A DNA stretch of 63,735 nucleotides from a virus. Taxonomy: Duplodnaviria; Caudoviricetes. The stretch is from the IMG/VR virus record IMGVR_UViG_3300045110_000325, positions 1 to 63,735 of that record, one strand, 5' to 3'. A program made the position numbers and the translations under genes. Positions 9,862 through 19,582 of the stretch are shown piece after piece; the first letter of the stretch is position 1, and every line of letters starts with the position of its first letter. The notes beneath the pieces were generated by a model. It saw nothing but the letters and a program-made list of their open reading frames with translations, was not told where the DNA came from and searched no databases.

Positions 9862-10261
9862 CGGCGCTCACCGGCAGGTCCACGTCGGGTCGCCAGAGCC
9901 CGAGCCGGCCTTTGCCGGGGACAGGCTCGGGGAACGGCTTCGGGTTGGCGAGTTGCAGGTGGACCATGGCGTCCGGCATCGCCCACGGCGACGTGCAGCA
10001 GCCGGGCCGGACGAGGTGCCCGGTGACGACCTGGACGGTGCCGAGGAACGCGCCGAGCGGCAGGTCGGCCGGCACCCGCGTCCCTGTGATGTCTTCGATC
10101 ATGCGGTCGGCGTGGCCCGGCTCTCGTTGTAGCCCGCTGTGGACGATGAAGGTGTCGAGCCAGCCGGGGATAAACCTCCAGTCCCGATTCTCGATGTCCT
10201 TGCCGAGGCGTAGCACAGCTTCGGCCCATGGCTGGCGGATCGACAGCGCGTAGGGGTTCAT
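9854..10261 (-). CDS. ASCH-domain protein
   Basis: ALSIRQPWA...GKDIENR.W ... GRLGLW. Confidence 0.85.
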   Translation of the reverse strand: MNPYALSIRQPWAEAVLRLGKDIENRDWRFIPGWLDTFIVHSGLQREPGHADRMIEDITGTRVPADLPLGAFLGTVQVVTGHLVRPGCCTSPWAMPDAMVHLQLANPKPFPEPVPGKGRLGLWRPDVDLPVSADA

Positions 10262-10740
10262 GACGCCTCGCCTTCGCGGTCGTCGGCGATGGGGGTTCCG
10301 TGCCCGGCCCAGCGGAGCAGCCGGCAGGCGTCGGCGAGGAGCATCCGCACAGGGACGGCGGGGGCTGCCTGCGCGAACACGGGTCCGACGCCGAGAAGTC
10401 TCGCGAGGGTCGTCGAGGTCAGCCAGGCGTGCCAGCGGCCGGCGTTGGCCTCGCCGACGCCGCGGCGCTGTGTGACGAGGACGGCGACCTCCGAGCCGGT
10501 GCGGGCACGCATCGCCTCGGCCTCGGCCATCCACGCGTCGATCAGGTTGTCGGACGCGTCCTTGGCCGCCGCGCCGCCTTTGACGGACCAGGCGACGCCG
10601 GGGGTGCCGGCGATGTCGCCCCAGTCGTCGACTCCGCGCAGCGCCCGCCGCTCGGCCTGGTCGAACCCGTTGGACCGGATGTGGCGGACGACCGCTGACT
10701 CGCTGGCGGTGCCGATGTCCTTGGGCCGGCGGGGTGTCAT
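10258..10740 (-). CDS. Holliday junction resolvase-like PD-(D/E)XK nuclease
   Basis: K.IGT..ES.VV..AERR.L.G..D.GDI..VK. Confidence 0.7.
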   Translation of the reverse strand: MTPRRPKDIGTASESAVVRHIRSNGFDQAERRALRGVDDWGDIAGTPGVAWSVKGGAAAKDASDNLIDAWMAEAEAMRARTGSEVAVLVTQRRGVGEANAGRWHAWLTSTTLARLLGVGPVFAQAAPAVPVRMLLADACRLLRWAGHGTPIADDREGEAS

Positions 10741-11135
10741 GTGGACGCTCCCGCTTCAAGCGTGGCCTGCTTGGGCGGCATTGGCAACCGATCCGGGAAG
10801 CCTTCGCGGACGCTGACCCGGTTGAACGTGGCAGCAACGCACTCGGCGATGTCGAGGCCGTAGTGCTGGGCGAGCAGGTCGAGGTACAGGTACACGTCGC
10901 CGATCTCCATGGCCAACTTCGCCCGCAGGTCGGCGACAGGCGGTGTCGTGTCCCGACCTGTGCCCAGCTCATGCCGTCGGAGCTTCTTGACGATGTTCGC
11001 CGTCTCGCCGGCCTCACCGCACATGGCGTTCGACCAGTCGGCGCCGGTCCAGGCGTCGCCGGGGAAGCCGGGGTGCCATCGCTCGCATCGCTTGCGGTTG
11101 GTTTCGCTCACCGTGCGGAAAGTCAGGTCGCTCAC
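10737..11135 (-). CDS. MazG-like nucleotide pyrophosphohydrolase
   Basis: GEAGE.AN.VKK ... EIGDV..YL. Confidence 0.85.
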   Translation of the reverse strand: MSDLTFRTVSETNRKRCERWHPGFPGDAWTGADWSNAMCGEAGETANIVKKLRRHELGTGRDTTPPVADLRAKLAMEIGDVYLYLDLLAQHYGLDIAECVAATFNRVSVREGFPDRLPMPPKQATLEAGAST

Positions 11136-11494
11136 GGCTCGACGACCTCCCCTGAGCACTCGGGGCATTTGCGGAGGCCGGTGGCGGGGTCGAGGCAGTC
11201 GTCGGGGTGGTCGACGGCGAAGTCCAGGCGGCACCACTCGCAGCGGACGTTGACGCCGGTGTAGCCGAGCACGGCCAGCTCGCCCATGGGGTAGAGCCGT
11301 TCCCCGTCCTGCGGGTCCATGTTGGGGCCGTAGAGGAACGCCCATTCCCCCCCGAGGTTCGCGACGACGAGCCGCCGGGCGTCGTGCTCGTCCGCCGCGT
11401 GGATCGTCACGTATCCGTCTGGGTGCGCCGCGGGGAATCGCGGGTGCGGGTCGCGGCGGAAACGCTGCCCGAAGGTGACTCGGTACTCACCCAT
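11132..11494 (-). CDS. hypothetical protein with C-terminal zinc ribbon
   Basis: TFGQ..HP..HPDG; CEWC/CPEC. Confidence 0.6.
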   Translation of the reverse strand: MGEYRVTFGQRFRRDPHPRFPAAHPDGYVTIHAADEHDARRLVVANLGGEWAFLYGPNMDPQDGERLYPMGELAVLGYTGVNVRCEWCRLDFAVDHPDDCLDPATGLRKCPECSGEVVEP

Positions 11495-11768
11495 CGGCCG
11501 CCTCCAGTCCGAGGGCGTCGGCGATGGCGGCGCGGATGCCTCGGGCGATCGCGATGTCGCCGTGGCGCTCGTGGTCTCGGGCCACGGCCAGCACCGCCTC
11601 GACGGCGGCAAGGAGTTGGGGGCCGGCGACGCACCAGGCGTCGCTGGCCGCCTGCCACGCGAGGTAGCCGCGTTCCGTGCCCTCGTAGGCCGCGTCGTAG
11701 TCGGCGCGGATCTGCTCGAGCCGCTTCCGGATGTCCTCGGGGTTGGGGCTGGGGTCAGCGGGCATCAC
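11487..11768 (-). CDS. hypothetical protein
   Basis: ORF in gene train. Confidence 0.45.
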   Translation of the reverse strand: MMPADPSPNPEDIRKRLEQIRADYDAAYEGTERGYLAWQAASDAWCVAGPQLLAAVEAVLAVARDHERHGDIAIARGIRAAIADALGLEAADG

Positions 11769-11867
11769 GCGCCTCCTCGGCGTGGGCGGGCGCGCGCCAG
11801 ATCCCCCAGGCGACGCAGAGGATGGGCGCGGCCGGGGCGCACAGCAGCGCGGCGGTCACAAGGGCGG

Positions 11868-12182
11868 TCAACGTGCCACCTCCTCCTCGGCGTGGGCGGA
11901 TCCGGGGATGAGGTCGGTGAGCGGTGTGGGCAGGGCCACGTCGGCGAGGTCCCAGCCGCGGACCATGTCCTCCAGCGCGGCAGTCGCGGCCATGGCCAGG
12001 TCGATCCGGTCGACGAACAGGCGCATGTCCCCGTTCGCCAAGGCGTAGTTGAGGCGGTCGCGGAGCTGCTCGGGGGTGCGGGCGGCGCGGACGACGCGGA
12101 CGCGGGCTCGCCGCGCTGACTGGTCCAGCTCGTACGCGGCGTGGTCGGCGGCCTGGTCGCGGATGTGCCCGGAGACGCTCAT
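11868..12182 (-). CDS. hypothetical protein
   Basis: GGAGG RBS before ATG (MSVSG). Confidence 0.5.
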   Translation of the reverse strand: MSVSGHIRDQAADHAAYELDQSARRARVRVVRAARTPEQLRDRLNYALANGDMRLFVDRIDLAMAATAALEDMVRGWDLADVALPTPLTDLIPGSAHAEEEVAR

Positions 12183-12605
12183 GTCGTCGCCTCCTGGCAT
12201 TCGCAGTGGGCGACAGGCTCCGTGGCCCATTGGTCGTCCGCTGGCGGCGCATCTTCTTGCCGCAAGCGGGGCATGGCAGGTTTTTTTCGTGCCGTCAACG
12301 GGACGACTTCGTAGCGCTCAACTCGCGTTGTCCAGCCCATCTCACTCCTCCCCGCGTGGACCGCGCGACGGGGCCGCTTGCACCGGGGCCGTTCTAAGCA
12401 AGTCGGCGCAGCGCTCGAGCAGCGCCTGCCGCTGGGCGAGGAGCTTGTCGCCTCGACGGCGGGGTGGTTGGGGGCGAAGGTCATCCGGTCACAGCCTCGA
12501 GTAGCGCGCGGATGACGTTGGTGGACAGCGCGCCGGGGATGAGGTCGTCGTCCTCTGGCAGCCACTCGGCGAAGGCGGCGTAGATGGGGGACATGGACTC
12601 GACGC

Positions 12606-12911
12606 TCATCCGGCTGCCCCCTCTTTCGACGCCGCGGCGGGGGTGCGGATGAGGACGGTGCCGTACGGGGTGCGGCAGCTCGCGGTGTGGGCGCCCGAGT
12701 TGTCCGGGTCGGACCCGCGGAACACGGCGAGGCCGTCGATCTCCCACGCGAGGTGGACGAGCATGTCCAGGCGCGCCCGCTCGGTGCCCTCGGCGAGGGG
12801 TATGTCGATGACGGCGTCGTGGCCGGTGATGGTGACGGTGTGGTGGGAGTCGGCCTCGGCGTGGTCCTCCCGGTCGGCGAGGACGCGCATCAGGCACGCC
12901 TGGCGGTTCAT
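12606..12911 (-). CDS. hypothetical protein
   Basis: Coupled start and stop overlaps. Confidence 0.5.
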   Translation of the reverse strand: MNRQACLMRVLADREDHAEADSHHTVTITGHDAVIDIPLAEGTERARLDMLVHLAWEIDGLAVFRGSDPDNSGAHTASCRTPYGTVLIRTPAAASKEGAAG

Positions 12912-13195
12912 CGCTTGCCGCCGATCCCCGCGGCCACCGACTCCGCGATGAGGCTTGCGGCCTTCGAGCGGACAGCGGCAACGACCTTCGCCTTTTCTTC
13001 ATTGACGACCTCGGCGAGTTCCTTGGCCGCCTGGACAGCGTGCTCGGGTCCGCCTACAACCCCGACGGCTATGAGGTCCAGGTCAATGCCAGATACGTTC
13101 ACTTCGAGGTTCACTCGCTTACACTTCCTCTCGTCTGGTGGCCGGCTCCGCGGTCTCACGGCTCGGGAGCCGGCCCCTGGCATCTGCGGGCTTGC

Positions 13196-13666
13196 TCAGT
13201 CCGCCACGATCCGGATCTCGTCGGCTTGCTCGCGCTTGCGCCGGAGTTCGTACTGGCCGACTCCGATGCCATTGGCTCCGTGCTCCTCGGTGTGGATCAG
13301 GTACGCCGCCCCAGCGGGCACGGTCAGGTAGCCGACGACCTGTCCGCGGTCCACGCGAGCCCAGAGCGCTAGGCGTTGCTCGTCAGCGTGCAGCCAGTGA
13401 GTGTTTCCCGTCGCCTCGCCGGTCACGACCTGCACGCCGTCGCCGACGAGTTGCCACGTCAAGCTGCCAGGAGTCTCCGCGACGGGCCGGATGAGGATGT
13501 CGCCCTGGTGCTGCAGGCCGGTGAGGACCGGGACAGCGGCCTGGGCCTCCAGGTGGTCAGGCACATCGACGCTGACGAGGCGGAGCGCGCATTCGAAGGT
13601 GAGCATCTCTAATTTCTCCATTCTTAGTTGATGCGACGGGGCGGCGATGGACTGCGCGCCGCTCAT
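13196..13666 (-). CDS. conserved phage protein, partner of the DUF6745-like gene (start may be 13621)
   Basis: QGDILI..GEATGNTH..H.EH..I.VG.Y..RR.RE. Confidence 0.7.
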   Translation of the reverse strand: MSGAQSIAAPSHQLRMEKLEMLTFECALRLVSVDVPDHLEAQAAVPVLTGLQHQGDILIRPVAETPGSLTWQLVGDGVQVVTGEATGNTHWLHADEQRLALWARVDRGQVVGYLTVPAGAAYLIHTEEHGANGIGVGQYELRRKREQADEIRIVAD

Positions 13667-14871
13667 GTGGCACGCTCCATCAGCGCGTACTCGTCGCGTG
13701 GTATGTCCCAGGCCCAGGCTTGGGCGGAAACGGGGTCGGCGATCTCAGCGGGCACGGTCTCGCCGTACCGCCTGCGGGTGCCGTCCCGGTCGGGGCTGGC
13801 GTTGGTCATGAGCACAACCCGGACCGGCTCGCCGTAGACCTGGCGGGGGATGTCGTACAGGTCGAGGGTGTGGGGGTGGTTTGCCGGGTCTGGCGCAGAG
13901 GACACGAGCCGCATGCCAGCCTCGGCGACGAAGCGGTCCCAGCCGCGACGTTCGATCGCGGCGCGTCGGACCTCTGTGTTCTCCTCGCGGAGGATGCGCT
14001 CGGTGTCCCAGCCGTCTCCGACGACGAGATCCTGCGGGACCCGCAGACCGTGCCAGGCGTGGAGGGTGTGGCCGTCGGCCCAGGCGAGCGCGGGGCCGTC
14101 CTCGGCGTGGAGGCGGGCTTGGTCGTCGCGGCGGATGACGGCAGGCCGGTCGGTGATGACGACGGCTCCCCGCATCGGCCACCACCAGCCTGCCTCGGCG
14201 ACAGCGAGCGCGAGGGCGTCGAGGCGCTCGGAGGCCGCGATGGGGGCGGCGGGGAGCGCGCACGTGTAGATACCCAGCCAGTAGGCGTCATACCACGGGC
14301 TCAACCCGAGGTCGAGCTGGCCCCAGAGCTGGCCCCCGAGCTGGTCCCGGAGCTGGTCCCCGAGCTGGTCCCGGAGCTGGCCCCCGAGCTGGTCCCGGAG
14401 CTGGTCCCCGAGCTGGCCCCCGAGCTGGTCCCCGAGCTGGCCCCCGAGCTGGCCCCAGAGCTGGTCCCCGAGCTGGCCCCAGAGCTGGTCCCCGAGCTGG
14501 CCCCAGAGCTGGCCCCCGAGCTGGCCCCAGAGCTGGCCCCCGAGCTGGCCCCAGAGCTGGCCCCCGAGCTGGTCCCGGAGCTGGTCCCCGAGCTGGTCCC
14601 GGAGCTGGTCCCCGAGCTGGCCCCCGAGCTGGCCATTGCGCAACAGGCCGGTCGCGAAGGCACCGCCGAGCGGCGAGTCCATCCAGACGGCAAGCTGTGG
14701 CGGATCGACGCCTGCCGCGCGGTACGCCGCGGCGATGGCGGCCTCGGCTTTTGGCCTGTCGCACCGCTCCGTTGACAGGCCGACGCGCATCCAATGCTCG
14801 CGCACAGCGGAGACGCGGGCGAGATCCTCCTCTGTGAGCGTCCCAGCGTACCGCCGCCGGTCGTCGGTCAC
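13663..14871 (-). CDS. DUF6745-like protein with a tetrapeptide repeat tract
   Basis: W..DSP N-terminus; GWWWP..DRP..RLH.EDGPA..W.DG..WHG; N.EVRR.AIER.GW. Confidence 0.8.
   Translation of the reverse strand: MTDDRRRYAGTLTEEDLARVSAVREHWMRVGLSTERCDRPKAEAAIAAAYRAAGVDPPQLAVWMDSPLGGAFATGLLRNGQLGGQLGDQLRDQLGDQLRDQLGGQLWGQLGGQLWGQLGGQLWGQLGDQLWGQLGDQLWGQLGGQLGDQLGGQLGDQLRDQLGGQLRDQLGDQLRDQLGGQLWGQLDLGLSPWYDAYWLGIYTCALPAAPIAASERLDALALAVAEAGWWWPMRGAVVITDRPAVIRRDDQARLHAEDGPALAWADGHTLHAWHGLRVPQDLVVGDGWDTERILREENTEVRRAAIERRGWDRFVAEAGMRLVSSAPDPANHPHTLDLYDIPRQVYGEPVRVVLMTNASPDRDGTRRRYGETVPAEIADPVSAQAWAWDIPRDEYALMERAT
14314..14634 (-). repeat. 27 x 12-bp coding tandem repeat (xxQL)
   Basis: Units encode [12 protein letters not shown] or WGQL. 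Confidence 0.95.
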
Positions 14872-15241
14872 GGCTTGCCCTCCAGACGCTCCCAGGGCGG
14901 GGTGTGCCGGCCGTCGCGGTGGTCGATGAGGCGTCGCAGCTCGGGCACGACGGGCTCGGCCGGCGCGTTGCCGCTCTTCGCGTTGTCTGCCATGCGGGTC
15001 CTCAGACTGGGTTGGCCGCGCCGCTGGGCCGCCGGGTGTCGACTGGCGGAGCGGGCTTGGACGGGTGGGGGCGGGTCTGGGTCTGGGTCTGCTTTGCCAT
15101 GTCGCGGACCACCTCCGTGATCTCGCTTGGACTCGGCGGCTCGCCGGGCGTGGCATGATCGCCGCGCCGCCTGTCCGGTGGTGTCAGCCCGCGCGGGGCC
15201 GGAGGCCGCCGTCACCCGCGCGGGCTGAGCATTCTGGCCTG

Positions 15242-15775
15242 TCAGCTGATCGAGCAGCTGGCGCCCATATAGGTGTGCGACCCCGGCGCCCACCAGCCGG
15301 CGGTCACCGTGCCGATGTAGGTGTTGCTGGCCGCGCTGCGGAACTGGGCGTTCGTGTACGCGTGCGCGCCGAGGGGGAACGGGCCGACCTCGGGATGCGC
15401 CGCGTACCACAGGTACGCGAAGCCGCTGCCGGTCGCGCCCACCTGCACCGAGTACCACCCGGTGAGCCACTGCTGCTGCTGCGGCTCGCCGGTGCGCAGC
15501 TCGAAGCGGACTTCCACGTCCGGCCCGGTGGGCACGGAGACGGCTGAGACGTAGGGGTCCATCACTGTCGCGCCGAAGCAGTCGCGGGCGTCGAGGGTGG
15601 CCGTCTGCCCGCCGACAAGGCCGGCGCCGGCTTCCGACTGCCGCAGGTCGCCGGCTTGCGCGGGAGCCGCCCCTGCCGCCGTGAGGGCGAGGGTCGTCAG
15701 GGCTGCCAGCGCCAGGGCCGCCAGCTTCGGGCGGGGAGCCCGGCGGCGAGGTCGATGAAACAGGGACAGGGACAT
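15242..15775 (-). CDS. secreted protein with signal peptide
   Basis: Arg-rich N-region, hydrophobic core, APAQA cleavage site; aromatic beta-rich body with two Cys. Confidence 0.65.
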   Translation of the reverse strand: MSLSLFHRPRRRAPRPKLAALALAALTTLALTAAGAAPAQAGDLRQSEAGAGLVGGQTATLDARDCFGATVMDPYVSAVSVPTGPDVEVRFELRTGEPQQQQWLTGWYSVQVGATGSGFAYLWYAAHPEVGPFPLGAHAYTNAQFRSAASNTYIGTVTAGWWAPGSHTYMGASCSIS

Positions 15776-15922
15776 GGGTGGAAGGCCCTTCGCTAGATTG
15801 AGTTCGGGCAGGTTGGAAGGCCCGCCCAGTCCCTGCCGCTGTTGACCCAGCGGCAGGGACGCTTTGGCCTCGCGTCGCCCGGCTTTCCCGGGCACGTCGC
15901 ATTGCCCTCACCTCCCGTTGAC

Positions 15923-16747
15923 TCAAAGGGAAAACCTGAGTGGCCGATTCGGCGTTGACGCCGCCCGGAGAAGCGCCAGCAACTGGCGGCCGATGTGCTC
16001 GGTGTAGGCGGGTGGGATGGCCTGAGCCACCTCGTCTCGGGTCATCCAGTCGATGTCCATCGCCGCGCGCTTCTCATCGGCCGATCCTTGGTACGCGCCA
16101 CGGCGTGTTGCGCTGGGAGCCCAGCGCCCGTGGCCGTAAACGCCCAGCGAGTAGCCGACATGGGCGCAGGCGGTTCCGCTCAGCGCGGTGTTGGACTCGA
16201 ACAGCCGGTGCCGGCGCAACTGCCGCCACACGCCGTCAGCGCAACGCGCGCCCAGGCCCAACGACGACCCGCAGAACTGGATGGGGTCGACCAATGGAGC
16301 ACCGGGGACGTTCTCGATCACCCACGTCCCGCCCCATCCCGCCAGCAGGGTCCTGGTCCCGGAGATCAGGTCGGGATACTCGCGCGGGTTTGCTGTGCGG
16401 AGCGCCGTGAAGCGCTGGCAGGGCGGGCTGGCGTGGACCGCGTCAAAGCCGTTCAGGTCTGCCTTGAGCGCGTCCGCCTGGATGAACTCGAACGGGTAGC
16501 GCGGCTGCGGCTCGATGTCCACGCCGACGACGTCGAAGCCCGCGCGGTGGTAGCCCATGGCAGCCCCGCCCGCTCCGCAGAACAGGTCGAGTAGTTTCGG
16601 GCGCGTGGGGTGGTGCCAGCCGGGTGCCGGGGCGTCGCTCGGCGCGTTGTCGTTTGGGTCGGGCTCGTGAGCCGGCCCCGGCTGGGCATTGCCCGCCGCC
16701 CTCGCTGCGAGGGGGTAGAGGACGACGGGGGTCGGGGGAGCGGTCAT
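15923..16747 (-). CDS. C5 cytosine DNA methyltransferase
   Basis: LLDLFCGAGG, SPPCQ, ENV, R.R.F, AIPPAY. Confidence 0.9.
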   Translation of the reverse strand: MTAPPTPVVLYPLAARAAGNAQPGPAHEPDPNDNAPSDAPAPGWHHPTRPKLLDLFCGAGGAAMGYHRAGFDVVGVDIEPQPRYPFEFIQADALKADLNGFDAVHASPPCQRFTALRTANPREYPDLISGTRTLLAGWGGTWVIENVPGAPLVDPIQFCGSSLGLGARCADGVWRQLRRHRLFESNTALSGTACAHVGYSLGVYGHGRWAPSATRRGAYQGSADEKRAAMDIDWMTRDEVAQAIPPAYTEHIGRQLLALLRAASTPNRPLRFSL

Positions 16748-16968
16748 GAGGCGGCCTTGGGGACCCAGGTGTCGGCCTTGTCATCCCAGACGACGCAGGC
16801 CGGGCAGTAGTGCTGGCCGTCGATCTCCCGCCAGTCGCCTTCCTCGGCGTCGTCCCAGGCCGAGTCCTGCTCGCTCCAGCCGGCGTAGTCGGTCGTCGCC
16901 TGGGCGTTCGCCTTGCAGCCGGGACCGTCGCAGTCGACGGTCCACATGGTCACGGCGCGGTAGCTCAT
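16744..16968 (-). CDS. small zinc-binding protein
   Basis: CD..C ... HYCPAC. Confidence 0.6.
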   Translation of the reverse strand: MSYRAVTMWTVDCDGPGCKANAQATTDYAGWSEQDSAWDDAEEGDWREIDGQHYCPACVVWDDKADTWVPKAAS

Positions 16969-17519
16969 GGCCGCACCTGACCCTGGTCGAACGCGGCCTC
17001 GATCTGCCGCAGCCGGGCGCTAGGCACTAGCTCGGCGACGGTCGGGATGCGGACCAGGAACTCGCGCGCGGCGTCGGTCTCCAAGCCCTCCATCGCCAGC
17101 GCGCGGAGCAGGTCGGCCTCTTGCCTGTCCAGCGCGAGCATGGCCTGGCTGACCTGCTCCGCGATGCCGGCAAGCAGGGCGCGGTGGAGCTGATTGCGGT
17201 CCTCGGTCTTGCGGGACACCGGCCGGAGGCTCAACTGTCCGGCCCACCTGCCCCACTGCCCGCCTTCCACGTCCTCGCCGTGCGCCTTAAGCAGGTCGTC
17301 TATCTGGCGTTGCGCCTCGCGGGCCAACTCCTGGATGCGCCAGTTCAGGTCGTCGACCCTCTTGTCCTCGGCGCGGTAGCGGTCGACGAGGCGCCCCTCG
17401 GCCTCGGCCTCCAGCTCGAGGCGGCGCTGCTTCACCTCGGTCCGCAGTACCTTGAACTGCGCGCGGACGACGGACCGCAGCTCTCGGCGCTCGCCAGGCG
17501 GGATCGGCGCGGCGGTCAT
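16965..17519 (-). CDS. coiled-coil hypothetical protein
   Basis: Heptad-like, coupled overlaps. Confidence 0.65.
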   Translation of the reverse strand: MTAAPIPPGERRELRSVVRAQFKVLRTEVKQRRLELEAEAEGRLVDRYRAEDKRVDDLNWRIQELAREAQRQIDDLLKAHGEDVEGGQWGRWAGQLSLRPVSRKTEDRNQLHRALLAGIAEQVSQAMLALDRQEADLLRALAMEGLETDAAREFLVRIPTVAELVPSARLRQIEAAFDQGQVRP

Positions 17520-17939
17520 GGCCGGACCAGCCCGCGCAGGATGAGGCTGCCGGCGTAGCGGGCCTTCGCGTAGCGGAGCGGGCCGACCTCGACGTGGGTG
17601 TAGTCGTGGCCGTGGTGCTGCTCGGCGAGGGCGAGCGTCGTCCGGTCGCGGCCGATGTCAGGGCCGTGCCACGTCGCCAGGAGCCCGCAGTCGCGGCAGT
17701 GCAGCACCGAGAACGGCGGCCGGGCGGTCGGCTTGCCGTGCTTGCCCATGGCGCGTCGCCACGCCTGCCGGGCCGAGCGCGACCAGCCGTAGAGCGCGAA
17801 GGCGTAGAAGATTCCTCCCCAGAGGTGGAGCGACACCAGTGCGACAGCCAACGAGACCGCGACGATGAGGGCCGCTGCGGCGCAGACGCCGGCCGCGGTG
17901 AAGAAGGCCGTGCGCTTGGCGAACTCGCGGTCGTCCATC

Positions 17940-18260
17940 TCACGCTCCGAAGTTGTGTCGCGGCGGGTCGGCCTCGCGGATATCCACACCCGTCCCGCCT
18001 CCACACGGCCAGTCCACCCACACGTCGTCGTTCTCGCGTTCCTGGCGAGCTTTCGAACAGGGTCCGCAGACATCGCTGACGCGAGAGTCCTCGCAGGCCG
18101 GCACACCGTCTTCCCCGACGTAGAAGTGTGCTTCGCTCCACGCCTCCCACTCCGGCTCGCAGTCGTCTGGTTCGGGGTGGGCTACGCACTCCTCATATAC
18201 CGCGATCTTGTAATGCGCTGGAATCGCCAGTCGTTCGTCCATCACACCCGTCCCGCTCAT
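17940..18260 (-). CDS. acidic Cys-containing hypothetical protein
   Basis: ATGA overlap; C..C..DWPC. Confidence 0.5.
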   Translation of the reverse strand: MSGTGVMDERLAIPAHYKIAVYEECVAHPEPDDCEPEWEAWSEAHFYVGEDGVPACEDSRVSDVCGPCSKARQERENDDVWVDWPCGGGTGVDIREADPPRHNFGA

Positions 18261-18532
18261 GACGCCGCCTCGAACGCGAGGCGCGCCCAGGTCTGCACGT
18301 CGGCGTAGAGGGCTTTGCGCCGGCCGTGGAGGACCCGCGAGGGGATGCGGCCGGGGGTCACGTCGCCGGGCGGCGCGCCGTCCCCGGCGAGCATCAGCTC
18401 CCTGACGGCGACCTCCCCGAGGGCGAGCAGCGCCATCGCCGCCTTGATGTCGACGAGCAGCGGCGGGCTGGCCGGTGGGAGCGCCGAGGCCCCGTTAGGC
18501 GCGGCCGCCGAAAACTCGTTAGGCGTTGGCAT
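18257..18532 (-). CDS. excisionase-like HTH protein
   Basis: LLVDIKAAMALL.LG...V.EL..G..IPS...GRRK; early operon near int. Confidence 0.6.
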   Translation of the reverse strand: MPTPNEFSAAAPNGASALPPASPPLLVDIKAAMALLALGEVAVRELMLAGDGAPPGDVTPGRIPSRVLHGRRKALYADVQTWARLAFEAAS

Positions 18533-18703
18533 CGGTGACCACCACCTCCACCTGTGCTCCGTTCAGCCACGCAACACGCCCAGCCGCCTCATCGGAGCTG
18601 CCGTGGTCGCTCTCTGGCACCCAAGACCCGTCTGGCTTGTAGAAGCCCACCGTCCAAAGGCCAGGTTCCGACCGGACGTACACGTAAGAGCCGTTAGGCA
18701 CGG

Positions 18704-18979
18704 TCATGGCGCGGTCTCCTCGCATCGGCGCTCCCACGCGAGGTCGAGGACCTCTCGCACCTCGGCGCTCGCGCCCTCGGTAGTCCACGGGTGATCGGCG
18801 AGTCGCGTGATCAGCTCGTCGGCGAATGCGGCCGTGACCGCCTTGACGCCCTCGAAGTCCAGCGTCAGGACGGATCGGCGAGAGCGCGCGGTGGCGGCTT
18901 GGCAAATCCGCCGGGCGCTCTCACGGGTGGCGAAGAACTCGCCAGCGTCGGCGACTCGGTACACCGAAGGGTCGGTCAC
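18704..18979 (-). CDS. STAS-like (DUF4325-type) protein
   Basis: F.TRESAR ... LDFEGV...T.AFADEL. Confidence 0.7.
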   Translation of the reverse strand: MTDPSVYRVADAGEFFATRESARRICQAATARSRRSVLTLDFEGVKAVTAAFADELITRLADHPWTTEGASAEVREVLDLAWERRCEETAP

Positions 18980-19248
18980 GGCTCGTTCACGGGCGTCATG
19001 TCGTGGCCGCGCGCGAATTGCAGGCGGCTGACCGGGTAGGGGGTGCGCCGGTGGTCGATGGCGACCCACCCGCCCCGCTCCGTGGGATGGTCGCCCTCAG
19101 GTGTCCTGACTATGAGGACGCCCTCCTCGTCGAGCCACAGGCAGTCGGCGTCGCCGAGGTGCTCGGCCGCCCAGGCGCGGACCTCGGCGAGGTTCTCCCC
19201 GGTCCACGGGACGGCCTCCGTCGTTCCGACGCGCCGGTAGCGGGCCAT
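18976..19248 (-). CDS. conserved small phage protein, possible nucleotide-signal sponge
   Basis: YRR..EAV.WTG.N..EV..T.EG..G.W..YP..F. Confidence 0.55.
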   Translation of the reverse strand: MARYRRVGTTEAVPWTGENLAEVRAWAAEHLGDADCLWLDEEGVLIVRTPEGDHPTERGGWVAIDHRRTPYPVSRLQFARGHDMTPVNEP

Positions 19249-19484
19249 CAGGCCACGTCCGAGGCGGTGTCGGAGTAGTCCCAGATCGACTCGACTCGGA
19301 CGCCGAGCGCGGCGGCCAGGTTGATGCGGATGCGGTCGCCGGGGCTCGTCTCACCGCGCTCGATCCGGTAGAGGTATGAGTCCGTTATCCCGGCGGCTGC
19401 GGCGAGCTGGGTGCGGTTCATCTCGCGCTCTTCCCGGAGAGAGCGCACCTTCGCGCCCCAGGTCTTGTCGCGGTCACTAGGCAT
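19248..19484 (-). CDS. Cro-like XRE HTH regulator
   Basis: LREER.MNR.QLA.AAGIT.SYL.RIERG; first gene of the leftward early operon. Confidence 0.85.
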   Translation of the reverse strand: MPSDRDKTWGAKVRSLREEREMNRTQLAAAAGITDSYLYRIERGETSPGDRIRINLAAALGVRVESIWDYSDTASDVA

Positions 19485-19582
19485 GTTGTGACTCTCTCTC
19501 ATAGTCTGTGTGAGTGTCAAGCGTAACTTTGACCCGTGCTTGATTTGCATGCGCGAATGTGTGACGCTCATTCTCTGTGAGC
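19485..19582. promoter_or_regulatory. divergent cro/repressor promoter-operator region
   Basis: AT-rich; TTGACA on minus strand (19515-19520); CTCA-N9-TGAG and CTCA-N7-TGAG inverted repeats. Confidence 0.65.

Noticed and set aside
14314-14634. CRISPR array or DGR repeats
   Set aside because: Contiguous in-frame 12-bp units with no unique spacers; no cas or reverse transcriptase gene recognised in the window
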